Shown here: positions 1 to 12,200 of the stretch, piece after piece
Position numbering within the stretch: the stretch's first letter is position 1
How the letters are laid out: each line of letters starts with the position of its first letter
Assembly: GCA_013239625.1 (NCBI GenBank)
Contig: MU053995.1
Span: forward strand, 186,001 to 250,000
Direction of reading: 5' to 3'
Source of the DNA: Lama guanicoe
Taxonomy: Eukaryota
DNA: 64,000 nucleotides
Program-made: the position numbers and the translations under genes
Notes under the pieces: generated by a model
Seen by the model: only the letters and a program-made list of their open reading frames with translations
Told to the model about the DNA's origin: nothing
Database searches by the model: none

Positions 1-1838
1 ATAGCACCCAAAATAATAAAATATCTGGGAATAAATCTAACCAAGGAGGCGAAAGAATTATACACAGAAAACTATAAACCATTGATAAAGGAAATTAAAG
101 AAGACTTTAAAAAATGGAAAGATATTCCATGCTCTTGGATTGGAAGAATCAATATTGTTAAAATGGTCACACTGCCCAAGGCAATCTACACATTTAATGC
201 AATCCCTATCCAATTACCCAGGACATACTTCACAGAACTAGAACAAATCATAATAAAATTTGTATGGAGCCATCAAAGACCTAGAATTCCCAAAGCATTA
301 CTGAAGAGAAAGAAAGAGGTTGGAGGAATACCTCTCCCAGACTTCAGACAATACTATAGAGCTACAGTCATCAAGACAGCATGGTATTGGTACCAAAACA
401 GACATATAGACCAATGGAACAGAATAGAGAGCATAGAAATGAACCCATAAACTTTTGGTGAACTCATCTTCAACAAGGGAGGCAAGAATATACAGTGGAA
501 TAAAGATAGTCTCTTCAGCAAATGGTGTTGGGAAAACTGGACAGCAGCATGTAAATCAATGAAGCTAGAACACTCCCTTACACCATACACAAAAATCAAC
601 TCAAAATGGATCAAAGNNNNNNNNNNNNNNNNNNNNNNNNNNNNNNNNNNNNNNNNNNNNNNNNNNNNNNNNNNNNNNNNNNNNNNNNNNNNNNNNNNNN
701 NNNNNNCTCCTAGAACACCCAAGCAATAGAAATAACAGCAAGAATAAACAAATGGGACCTAATGAAACTTACAAGCTTCTGCACAGCAAAGGAAACCAGA
801 AGTAAAACAAAAAGACAACCTATGTAATGGGAGACAATTTTTACAAGTGAAACCGACAAAGGCTTGATCTCCAGAATGTATAAGCAGCTCATACGACTTA
901 ATAAGAAAAAAACAAACTACCCAATCCAAAAATGGGCAGAAGACCTAAACAAGCAATTCTCTAGTCAAGACATACAAATGATCAATAGGCACATGAGAAA
1001 GTACTCAATATCACTAATCATCAGAGAAATGCAAATCAAAACTACAATGAGGTATCACCTCACACCAGTCAGAATGGCCAGCATTCAAAAGTCCACAAAT
1101 GACAAATTGTGGAGAGGCTGTGGAGAAAGGGGAGCCCTCCTACACTGCTGGTGGGAATGCAGTTTGGTGTGGCCACTGTGGAGAACAGTATGGAGATTCC
1201 TCAGAAGACTAGGAATAGACTTACCATACGACCCAGGGATCTTCTCCTGGACACATATCCAGAAGGAACCCTACTTCTGGATGACACCTGCACCCCAATG
1301 TTCATAGCAGCACTATTTACAATAGCCAAGACATGGAAACAGCCTAAATATTCTTTGACAGATGACTGGATAAAGAAGAGTTGGTATATTTATACAATGG
1401 AATACTACTCAGCCATAAAAATGACAATGCCATTTGCAGCAACATGGATGTCCCTGGAGAATGTTATTCTAAGTGAAGTAAGCCAGAAAGAGAAAGAAAA
1501 ATACCATATGAATTCACTCATATGTGGAATCTGAAAAACAAACAAACAAAAAAACCATAAATACAAACAAGAAACAGACTCACAGACATAGAATACAAAC
1601 TTGTGGTTGCCAAGGGGGTGGAGGGTGAGAAGGGACAGATTGGGATTTCAAAATGTAGAATAGATAAACAAGATTATACGGTATAGCACAGGGAAGTATA
1701 TACAAGATCTATGGTAGCTCACAGAGAAAAAAATATGTTCATGTATAACTGAAAAATTGTGTTCTGCACTGGAATTTGACACACATTGTAAAATGAATAT
1801 AACTCAATAGAAAATGTTCTTAAAAATAAAAATAAAAA
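1..1838 (+). mobile_element. L1 3' part (ORF2 C-terminus, 3'UTR, A-rich tail), young family, disrupted
   Basis: ORFs 82..450, 864..1307 and 1109..1534 are L1 ORF2 peptides ([17 protein letters not shown]); in-frame stops and frameshifts. Confidence 0.95.
617..706. other. Assembly gap (90 N) inside L1
   Basis: Run of N; L1 ORF2 is colinear on both sides. Confidence 1.
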
Positions 1839-1859
1839 TTCATCTAATATACAATTTTC

Positions 1860-2175
1860 CATTTACAAACCAGAAACAGACTCATGAACATAAAAAACAA
1901 ACTATGGCTAGCAAAGGGGAAAGGATGAGGAGGTATTAATTAGGGGTGGGGGATTAACAGACACACATTACTTTATATAAAATAGGTAAACAACAAAGAC
2001 CTTCTGTATAGCACGTGGAACTATAGGCAATTTCTTGTCGTAATATATAATCAAAAAGAATCTGAAAAGAAAAAAAAGTGTGTATATGTATAATTGAATC
2101 ACTTTCCTGTACACCCGAAACTAACTTTGTATTAACTACTCTTCAATAAAAATTTTAAAGGAAAAGAAAAAAAAG
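1860..2175 (+). mobile_element. L1 3'UTR fragment of a second lineage
   Basis: acaaaccagaaacagactca...ctgtacacccgaaact...cttcaataaaa followed by an A-rich tail. Confidence 0.8.
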
Positions 2176-2199
2176 TGAATTGAAAGAAAATGAGAAAAT

Positions 2200-5100
2200 A
2201 ATGTACCAAAATATTAATAACTGAACATTGACTTCCTTTTACAGAGAAACTAAAGGTATTTAGGACAATTGATGAATACGTTTAGTGCAAAAATGAAATG
2301 TTTTCTATTAAAAAAAAAGTACATGGTTTTTAGAAATTATTTAGGTTTGCAAGCCTGCAGAATGCTAATGTAAAAGACAGTTAATAATTGCTTACTTCTT
2401 ATTTTTCACAGAAATAGAAGCTTTTAAGAATTGAGGATTAAGTGAATGGATTTGGTTGATAAAAGTAAGCTAGTGCAAAACTGGAAATTGATTCTGTGTG
2501 TGTGTGTGTGTGCGCGCGCGCGCGCGCGCGCACGCGCGCGGGTGCCTTAAAAAGACAAAATTTTCCTAGAATGTAAATCTTTTGATAACACATTGTAGTT
2601 TCTTTACCTCTTAAGTGTTCTGTTCTGAATTTACCTTTAAAGTTTTTATTATCACTTTGGTTTTAAGTGAATAAGTATCATTTCATAGTGACCTATGATT
2701 TTATGTGACCATGTATTTTGAATCTTTTTAACAATCTTCCCAAATATCAAATTTTCATTAAGTTTCTTCTAACCTCCAACTAATTTGGGGCTATTTCAGA
2801 GGGCCCTTGAAACATCCCAAAGACAGATTTTAAATCAGTCAGTTTTATTTGGTATGTTAAATTACATGGAAAGTACTGTGAAAAGGATAATAAATCTTCC
2901 TAGATCATACTGTATGGGAGATGTTAATGCAGAAATTCTAGAAATTATATATAATTTCAAAAAGTCATGTATGTCTGAAATGTTACCAAGCATAACCAGG
3001 TTACTATAACCAGGTTTCTTTATCAATTACAGTGTAGCCAGGTATTTTACCATACTTTTATGGCTTCTGTCATTTATAGACAGTTATTATATTACTCTAT
3101 TGCCTTTGCAAATGCTTTCTCTACAGGAAGATTTATAAAAAGGACTTTTTGACAAGTACAGGTTTCTGGTAATTTTTAAATCTGCTGAAGTGGGTAAGAA
3201 ATTTAAAAGATTTGAAGGAAGTTGATTTCATAAAACTGTTAATGTAAAAGGATTTGTCACATGGGACTGAGTAAACTGATGAATATGGCTGAAGTTTTTC
3301 AATTTGTGTAAAATACTACTGGCTTTTAATCTGTGTTTTCCAGATACAAAGAAAACTTTCCCAAGCTAATTATGATTTATAGTAATTTGGTAAATTATAC
3401 ACTTATAAGCAGAATTGAAACATTTATCTTTTCTGTCTATCTAAACTCTCCAAAGACTGGAAATTCTAAGGCTCCCATTAACTTTATCAGGTAAATTAGT
3501 AAGACCATCTCCTAACAAGTGCAAAAATCTCAAAGTATCTTGGGGACCTCAAAAAAATTGAGAAATTCACCGAAATTCTTAAATATGTGACAGGTTCTTG
3601 ACATGGCTTTCCTGGCCTTGAGAGGACTTTTGGGAATTCAGTCTAAGACTCCTTCTGAGGAATTCCAACACAGCTAATTTAAAAGACACTATATGATCAA
3701 TTAATCTTGATTTGGCTATATCTGATAAAAAAAATGAGGGTAATTATAAAGAGAAAAATAATTTTGGTGAATATCAAATTCTAATTTTGTTAACTGAGGT
3801 CTGTATTTACTAGGACTCATCTCCCAGACCATTCCTTGCTGTTATGCTATACTGCTGTAAAGTTTAATTGACTTATTAAAAGGAACTTTAGGCTTATTCC
3901 TGGGGCTCAGCAATCTATCCTTAGATGAAGATATGATGCCCCATGATCTGCAACCAGGAAATTATACACACTGGGACAGACATGACTTAAAGAAATGTCT
4001 CCAACCTGGATGGAAGGATCCTTTATCAGGTTCTCTTAACAGCTCATGCACAGCAAAACTGAAGGAAATTAAACATTGAATTAATTTCATTCAGAAACAG
4101 CCACTGCACTGGACTGGCGTACAGACAAGACTACTGCAACTTAATACAATGCTCAAAAGGAGAAGAAGCTACCAGGCCAGGATGAGAAGATGATGACATC
4201 TAAGGCAGACAGCTGATCCAAAACACAGGACCAGACCTGTATACCAATTACTCTGATAACTGCTCACACCTTTACTTATGAACTAAGTGAATACACAGTT
4301 TTATGCAGAGTTAAATTTAATTCAACTATTAGATTTATGGTCAATTACCTATAACCAGTACTTCTGGGTTACATTGGTGGGTTTCCCCTTCCAAGGCTCT
4401 AACTAGATAGCCCTTAGAAAATTTATCCCAGAAGAAAGAAATTATGGTTCTACTTAGGCCACTATTGATATTATTAGGTGGGATCCCCTCACCTGGCCAA
4501 TTAATAATAGGTGCTTTGAGTCTGTCCAGAAGTATGAATTTTCTCTTAAGATTGCTCAAGGCAATTCAATGCAACAAGATAATTTCAGCCAGAAATTATA
4601 ACCTCTCTCAAATATGGGATGGATTTATATGGTTAATACCAGGCTATGGTCACTTAAGTTTAAAGGCCTTCTTATGCTAGGAATAACTATATCATACTAA
4701 GGATAACCAGCCTTATAACACTAGCAAATTGTTCTAGGTGCCTTATGGGCAATGCCAAAGTATAATTTCCCTTAAAGATAAGGATTGGAATGGAACAGAC
4801 TGTCAAATGACTTAGGGATAAACTGGACCTAATGGAAGTCCTTAAGTTGAATTCTTACTGATGACCTCACTAATATTTCTAGCTATATTATTTGTATATT
4901 GCCTGTTTTACAAAAGTATTTCTTGCACTACAAAATGAGTGACTGACCTCTAATAAAATGATAAATAGGCAACTTGAAGTTAACCAGCTATATAGTTCTA
5001 GAACAGATTTATAATTATAATGGTGTAATTCTAGATATGGGAAGAAGCAACAGCAGGAAATATTTTCCTGGATCATAACAGACTAGTAAGACAGGTGGTT

Positions 5101-6234
5101 CAGAGACTTTTTGCCACTGTAAATAAGGCCTAGTCCTCTAATAGCACATTGAGTGACCTAGCAATGAAATCCTTGCCTGACCTGAGAATAAGCATTCTTA
5201 ACACCATTGGACAAAACAGTCATGAAATTCCTCCCAAGTCATAATCAAATTTATGATCATGAGGGAGCCTGCCAACTAAAAACTAGTACTTGTCATCTGT
5301 CTCTACAAGGATTGAGTCACATGCTACTGCATTTGTTGATCTTCAGTGTACCATGAAAGGAGTTCAGGGTGGAGATCAGGAATGACACGCCTGTGCTCCG
5401 AGAAAAACTAGTGGAACAGGCAGTCAGACATTTATTTTTGAAGTTTGTAAGCTCAAATTCTTTCATCTTCTCATATGTAGAAAAGAATTAAAATCATTAA
5501 TGGTGACATATGCTTTGGCCATTAAGGAGAGAAATGCATTTGAAAAATCAAAGTTTAATGACTATACTTTGACACCCAAGGCAATATTATGTACCCATTG
5601 TGGATATGATTTCAGACAAGTTCCTATATTGCTAAGAACTTTAGTTTTCTGAGCACTGCCAGATTTGGGATGCCACCAGCCCTCTCAAAGCAGTGTCTAC
5701 TGGCAACTTGTAGATGGAAACTTATGGTTTCAAGGTCTCTTGTAATTAAGCTTATAGACAATGAAACTGCTTTACACCACATATGAATAGAAAAGAAAGA
5801 CTTAAATGTAGTGATCAATAGCATCTGTTATGTATATGTTAATACCTACTTATATTACAGATATTAAAACCTACTTAGAAAAAAAAATTAGACTGGCTAC
5901 CTGTCTGTAAGTCTCCCCAAAATATCAGGTCAAGGCTGCATTTCAGCCTTATTATCCTGAATTTCTCAAGAAATGAGATCTATTTTGTTTGTTAAAGTTC
6001 AGGTTGTCACTCCTGCTTTTTAACTGGGTCTGCTGCACCAAAATGATGGACCAAGTGGTAATTTTTAATCATACTAGATTTGTATACAGAACTTGGAATT
6101 CTGGAATATTTCCAACTTGGTGTCCATTCCCCAAATCGAGTTAGGACTACACCCTAATTCAGCAGATGGTAGCCAGAGCAGCAGCCATTCCATTCCCTGA
6201 AAGATTTTTGCAATGGACAAAAGAAAAGGGGAGA
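2200..6234 (+). mobile_element. Decayed class I ERV internal sequence with integrase C-terminal remnant and polypurine tract; may include an LTR piece near 5270-5520
   Basis: 3942-4041 reads HDLQPGNYTHW...LQPGWKDP/YQVLLT, resembling the retroviral integrase QPGD...PRWKGPYxVLL tail; PPT aaaagaaaaggggaga at 6219-6234. Confidence 0.65.
2495..2540. repeat. (TG)n(CG)n compound microsatellite
   Basis: Direct reading of the sequence. Confidence 0.95.
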
Positions 6235-6236
6235 TT

Positions 6237-7338
6237 TGAAACTGAGTCCCCTTACAACTAAGTTCCTCTGCTGAATTTATGATTAATCTGTATCTAAAAT
6301 ATCATACCTTTCCAGTCTAACATATGTTTTCCTCAAGATTGAGGAATATCTAAGAAAAAGGGGATTGAAAGAGAGCAAGACCCTGTGAGTCCCCACCCCC
6401 CCAACACCTGCTTGTTGTTTATAGGAAAGCTGAAGTCTCTGGGCTTCCCTGATTCACAAAAGAGCAATTGATTAGGACAGACCTGCAAGCACTGGGGGAT
6501 GGCAACATCTCTAATCACCTACCTAAACAATTAATTGGGATTATTTCTTCATTTCCCCTTAAAATTTTAATAGCTGAACAGAATCTTTGTAGATGGTTTT
6601 TTTGGGGAGGATGCTGGGTCCACTAGATTGCAGGCATTCTGATTAAAAGGAACTTTCTTTTTTGTTCCCAATGCTGTTGCCCCCAGGATCATACCCCTGA
6701 CCCTCCCTCAAATAGAAATCTATTACTCTTATCTAAATCAGAAGGCAGCTGCAGAGAAAAAAAAAATAAGAACTTGTCAGAACCCAGACCAAGACTGTGG
6801 ATAATTTGACTTCCAGTAGAAGTTGAGCCTCATTATACACTCATTGTAATGTATTAGCTGCAGAGTGACTCACCCACCAGGACTATGACAGTTAACAATT
6901 GCCATGACAGAAACCAGAAAAACCCATACCAGAACTGAAAAACTTGAACAAGGACTGACTTGTTCCATCTCACCCAGAATAAGGACATGATGGTGGAAGC
7001 CTCTCATAAAAGTCCAGTCCAGGCCAGAGCTGTCCCTACTGCCCAGCTTGGCTGACAGCTCCCCAGTTGAGCACCTCTTCCTCACTTGAGTGCTTTTCTT
7101 CCCTTTTCTATGCTCAAGTACTTTCCTTCTATTTCCCCTTATGAGCAACAAAGCAGCTACTCACTTCATCCTTCTGTCTCTGCTGTGCAGCAAGATTTTC
7201 TATGCTCAAGTACTTTCCTTCTATTTCCCCTTATGAGCAACAAAGCAGCTACTCACTTCATCCTTCTGTCTCTGCTGTGCAGCAAGAATCCACACTTTGG
7301 TGGCCCTCCTATTCTAGGGTTCACTCCATCCACTAACA
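6237..7338 (+). mobile_element. LTR sequence, probably two adjacent LTRs (6237-~6660 and 6663-7338)
   Basis: Starts TG just after the PPT, ATTAAA at ~6642, ends ...actaaCA against the following L1. Confidence 0.55.
7104..7287. repeat. Perfect 92-bp tandem duplication
   Basis: 7104-7195 is identical to 7196-7287. Confidence 0.95.
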
Positions 7339-9145
7339 TAGTACTGGAAGATCCAATTACATTTAGACAAGAAAATAAAATAAAGGCATCCAAATTGGGA
7401 AAATGATTAAAACTATTTCTATTGACAGGTGACAATTATACATACATGTATAAAATCCTAAAAAAAGAAAAGGAAAGAAAATTTCTAAAAGTGATAAATA
7501 AAATTAACAAAGTTGTAGTTACAAGATTAACACTGAAAAATCAGTTGTGTGTCTTTACACTAGCAGGAACAACCCAAAGGAAAATTAGGAAAGCAACTGC
7601 TTAACAACTGCATAAGCAAAGTAAAAGAATGAAATACTAGAAATAAATCTAACCAAAGAGGTGGAATATTTGTATAGTGAAAACTACAAAACACTGCTAA
7701 AGAAATTAAAGACCTAAATAAATGGAAAGATATCCCCTGTTCATGAATACAAAGTTTTAACTACTGTTAATAGTAGCCAAGTTGATCTACAGATTCAATG
7801 CCATCTGTATCAAAATCCCATCTCTTTTTTTTTTTTTTGAAGAAATTGAAAAGCTGATTCTCAGTTTCATTTGGAATTGCAAGGGACCACAAAAAGCCCA
7901 AATTATCTTGAAAAATACACATCTACACTAATTAAAACAGTATTACACTGTCATAAGAACACAAATAAACTCTTACATATATACTCCGGTCATCTTTGAC
8001 AAAATATGGAAAACCACTCATTAGGGAAAGAACAGTCTTTCCAACAAATGACCCTGGGATTTCCACATGCCAAAGAATAAAGTCTGATCCTTATCTTATA
8101 CCATGTACAAAAATTTACTCAAATTAGATCAATGACCAACATAAAGATCTAAAAATATGTAATTCCAGAAGAAGAAAAAGGAAACATCTTCATGACATTG
8201 AATTTGGCAATAGTTCATGGATATGTCAAATACATAAGAAATAAAAGAAAAAACAGATAAACTGAGCTTCATCAAAATTAAGACTATTTGTGCACCACAG
8301 GCTACTACCAAGAAAGCAAAAACACCAACTAAATGGGAGAAAATATCTGCAAATATATATACCCAGAACATATAAAGAACTCCTAAAACTCAATAACAGC
8401 AACAAAAAATTGTCAAAATTAGGCAAGTAATTTTTAAAAATATTTCTCCAAATTAGATATATAAATGGCCAAAAAGTACATGAAAAGATGCTCAACATCA
8501 TTAGTCATTAAAGAAATGAAAATCAAAACCACAATGAAGTTATCATTCCATACCTACAAGGATATCTATAATTAAAAAAAGAAAGAAAGAAAGAAAATAA
8601 GAAATGTCAGCTATCATATGACCTAACAAATGCTTTCATCCCAAAGAACTGAAAGCAGATATTTACTCATCCATGTTTAGACTATTCTCAACAGTTAAGG
8701 GTGAAAGCAAAGCAAATGCCCATCAGGAATGAATGGAAAAACAAAATGTGGTATATACACACACAACGGAATATTATTCTGTCCAAAACGGAAGAAATTT
8801 CTGATACATGGTAGAACACTGGTGAACCTTGACGCCATATGCTAGAGGAAACATGCTAGTTACAAAAGTACAAATACTGTGGGATTCCACTCATGCAAGA
8901 TACCTAGATTATCAACTTTATGAAGTTACAAAGTTAAATGTTAGTTGCCAGGGGCTGAAAGGCAAGAGAATTGGAAGTTATTATTGAATAAGCATAAAGT
9001 TTCAGTGTAGAAAGATGAAAAAGTTTTGGGAACAAACGCTGATTATGGTTGTGCAACAATGTGAATATACTTAATTTTACAAAACTGTATTTTTAAAATA
9101 TTGCAGTGTTAAGCCTTATGTATATTTTATCACAAATGTTTTAAG
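7339..9145 (+). mobile_element. Old L1 (L1M-type) ORF2 remnant and 3' end
   Basis: Degenerate ORF2 (ggcatccaaattgggaaa, atcaaaaccacaatga) and L1MB-like 3'UTR. Confidence 0.85.
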
Positions 9146-9473
9146 GCTTGCTTCTTTACAAGTATAAATCATTGCAAATTTTTCTTCCTTTTGAGCAAGA
9201 TCTCCCTGAATTTCTCTCTTGCCCTTCTTCATGTATTGGGAGAAGACTGCAGCGAGGCTTTAGCCTGCACCAGGATCCAACCACCTACCACCCTCCCCCA
9301 CCAAGGAGTGGCCCCATCAGTAGTAAATGAGCTAAAGCAGCCGGACTCCCTACTTGTGGTGTCTAGGACACTGTTGAGTTGTAGGCCTTGAAGGCTAGGA
9401 TTTTTCTTTAAGCCCTTGAGCAGAGGGGAGGATTCCACATTGAGCCCCTTACCTTAATAGCACCATTGTACTG

Positions 9474-9863
9474 TGTTACTGGCCTTGAGATGAGTTAAGG
9501 TCATGGGACCCAAGGCCATGATCACAGCATGTTTGTAGTATGAAATAAACAATGATTCTATGCATACATCAGTTATATCAGATTTGGAACAAAGGAAATA
9601 GAAGAATGCATGCACTAGAGATATTCCATAGGCCTCAAGAACAAAGAGATTGACACTACACATGGGCTGGCAGAAAAACAGATATAAAGTAGGACAGCTG
9701 CACCATAGTGCACACGCACCACCTTGTGGAAATACAATAAAGTGCTGTAAACGCCATGTTTGCTCCAGGTAGAGTCTGTTTTCTGGTATAGCAGCTCCTT
9801 GTGCATTTTTTCTGTTGGACCATTCAGCTCCTAAAATCCCACTTCAGCCTCCCTTGGCTGACA
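9474..9863. mobile_element. Solo LTR, ~390 bp
   Basis: TG...CA ends, 5-bp TSD tactg/tgctg, homologous to 22010-22227. Confidence 0.7.
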
Positions 9864-11242
9864 TGCTGCCTGGATGCACACCCTCCTACAAAAATCTTTT
9901 CTTATGCGCAACTACTGTGAGCATGTTGATGTCACAGAGGGGTGGGCCCTACACCATCCCTAATGTCTAACGGGCAGAGAGCAAAAGACTGTGCTAAGTT
10001 AAAGATGCTGGAAATGGATGAAGGTGAGGGCATCTTGCTTGAGTGCTGCCTGCCTAACCTTTTGCAACAAGTTGTGGGAAATAGTACACAAAAGGAGAAA
10101 TCCCAATTACTACTATCTCCAACCATGTAATAGGATTTCAAAGCAACTAGCAATAAGGGGAGTAATAATTGAGGGAAAAAAACTAGTATTTCATTTTAAA
10201 ACAATAATTAAATGCAATATAGAAATATGTTTTTGTACAAAACAAAATGATACAAAAGACAGAATACATGTATATACTTTGCATAAACGTTCAATATTTC
10301 AGATCACATATATCAAATACTCTAAACCATATTCATTATGGGATATTATACTAATTATACTTAAAAATAATGCTTTAAGTAGCTAAATTTCAACATGAGT
10401 CAATATTTGGTGATACCATGCATTAATACCTTAATATATTTAAAATAAAGCAGCTCTGCATGAAAATGGCTGTATTTGCCCCTGTAGTTTTCATAAATTT
10501 TCTGACAAGCAATTTAATCTCTTGAACATCTAAGAACTAATTCCCAGTAACTCACTATTTTGGTTTTCATTTTTGTTACATTCTCAACTGAGTCATCTTC
10601 CTATTTCAGAAAATATGCAGTGTCAACACTTTAGTTTCACAACTGAAGCAGCTTTGCCAAGAAAGCTTAGAAAAACTTTTCTTAAGTTTTGATACGGTTT
10701 ATTTGACATAAGCAGTGTACATGCAAACTACAAAATGTTAAAACATAAAAGCATAAAATTTATTGTGTTCTAGTTGTATACAGATTATAGTATTTTCACT
10801 TCTGTTTACATCATAAATTTAACATTTCCTTCATTAAAACACCTATAAGATATGTGAAGTAAGTATTTTACAAGTAAGCAGGAATTAATTTATTTGCTAT
10901 TATACCAGCCCTTCTGTCCCTATTTACAACCCTAGGCCATTTATAATAACATTCACTCTATAATAATCAAATTTTTGTTTAGCAATTCAATCTCAAAATT
11001 AGTTATAAATATTAACCTTGCCCCTTGGAGTGACCTGTTACTTTCAACATATGGTTTTAGAAAGCAACAAAGTGGCTCTGTGTTTTTGTGGGTTACATCA
11101 CTAATGTTTTGGTTTTGTTTTGTTTTCTGAATGTTACTTTTTGCTTTCCTGTCTTAAAGATATAAAGTTAAAAATGTTACCAAGACCCCTTGCTTCTTTC
11201 CTTGAGGGGCTGACTGAGATGAAAACTTATTAACTCATTTAC

Positions 11243-11505
11243 TTGCTACAGGCAATTAACAGCTTCTATTGCTAACCCTAGAGAGCCAGGGAAGGATCAC
11301 CTGTTGGGCCCACATACTTAGTCCTTCTCTGCTGTCTTCTTCTTTGGCTCAGGAGACCATATCAAGGAGAGAAAGAGGTGAGATGAAAATCTCTTCAGCC
11401 TTCTACATTCACTGAATTCCCATCCAGAAAAAAGCAAGATTCCTAAGGTTAGAATTCCTGTCAGTCAGATGCACAGAACATAGGGCTAGGAGTTCCAAGA
11501 ATCCA
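11243..11505 (-). other. Exon-like 263-nt unique segment, possible fossil of a CLCN4 non-coding 5' exon
   Basis: Polypyrimidine acceptor tacttctttag| and donor CAA|gtaaat in repeat-free DNA; syntenic position downstream of WWC3 on the same strand. Confidence 0.4.
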
Positions 11506-12092
11506 CTAAAGAAGTACAATTAAGATACTTCCTACTATCAGAAGAGGACAGTAGAACAGTATTAATAGCACGTGCTTTGTGATCCTCATCTGAAATAATT
11601 AATATTCATGAACCCTCCAACTTCATCTGTTTATTGTGGGTCTTTTGGAGGGGAAGGAAATGGGGAAGCTGTTGTGTTTGTTACTACTGTTGTTTGGTTG
11701 GTTGTTTGGTCTGCAATAGATTAGTTTTACCTTTTTTGTTGCAGGTGATTACTTCACTGCATAAAGCTTCTATTCAAAAAAGGTAATTCAGGAAAGACCT
11801 GAATTAGAGCAACAGTTCTGAACAGATGAAATAATTATTTAAATACTCTTCCTCCCCACCTGTCAGAGTATCAATTTGATAAAAAAAAATTTTCTAAATC
11901 TTTAAGAATAAAAGACCACTCAAGAACATTTAAATTAGTACAGTGCTTTTTACTGGGCTAATAGCAATTTCAACCAACCCTTACAAGTATGCAGAGTGCA
12001 TATTTTGACCAATTACTACAGGCTGACAAAGTTGGTATCATCTAGTTCTGGAAATTTACATCGAGAAATTTGCCTTAAGAAGAAATAACATT

Positions 12093-12200
12093 GGGATGAG
12101 GGCATAGCTTAAGTGGTAGAGCATATGCTTAGCATGCATGAGGTCCTGGGTTCAATCCCCAGTAGCTCCTCCAAAGATAATTAAATGAATAAACCTAATA
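12093..12200 (+). mobile_element. tRNA-Ala-derived camelid SINE (Vic-1-like)
   Basis: A box tagcttaagtggtaga, B box gggttcaatccc, aataaacctaat tail. Confidence 0.85.

Noticed and set aside
12093..12170. tRNA-Ala-like sequences (also ~16364, ~26530, ~37880, ~44424)
   Set aside because: SINE heads with tails and TSDs, not tRNA genes.
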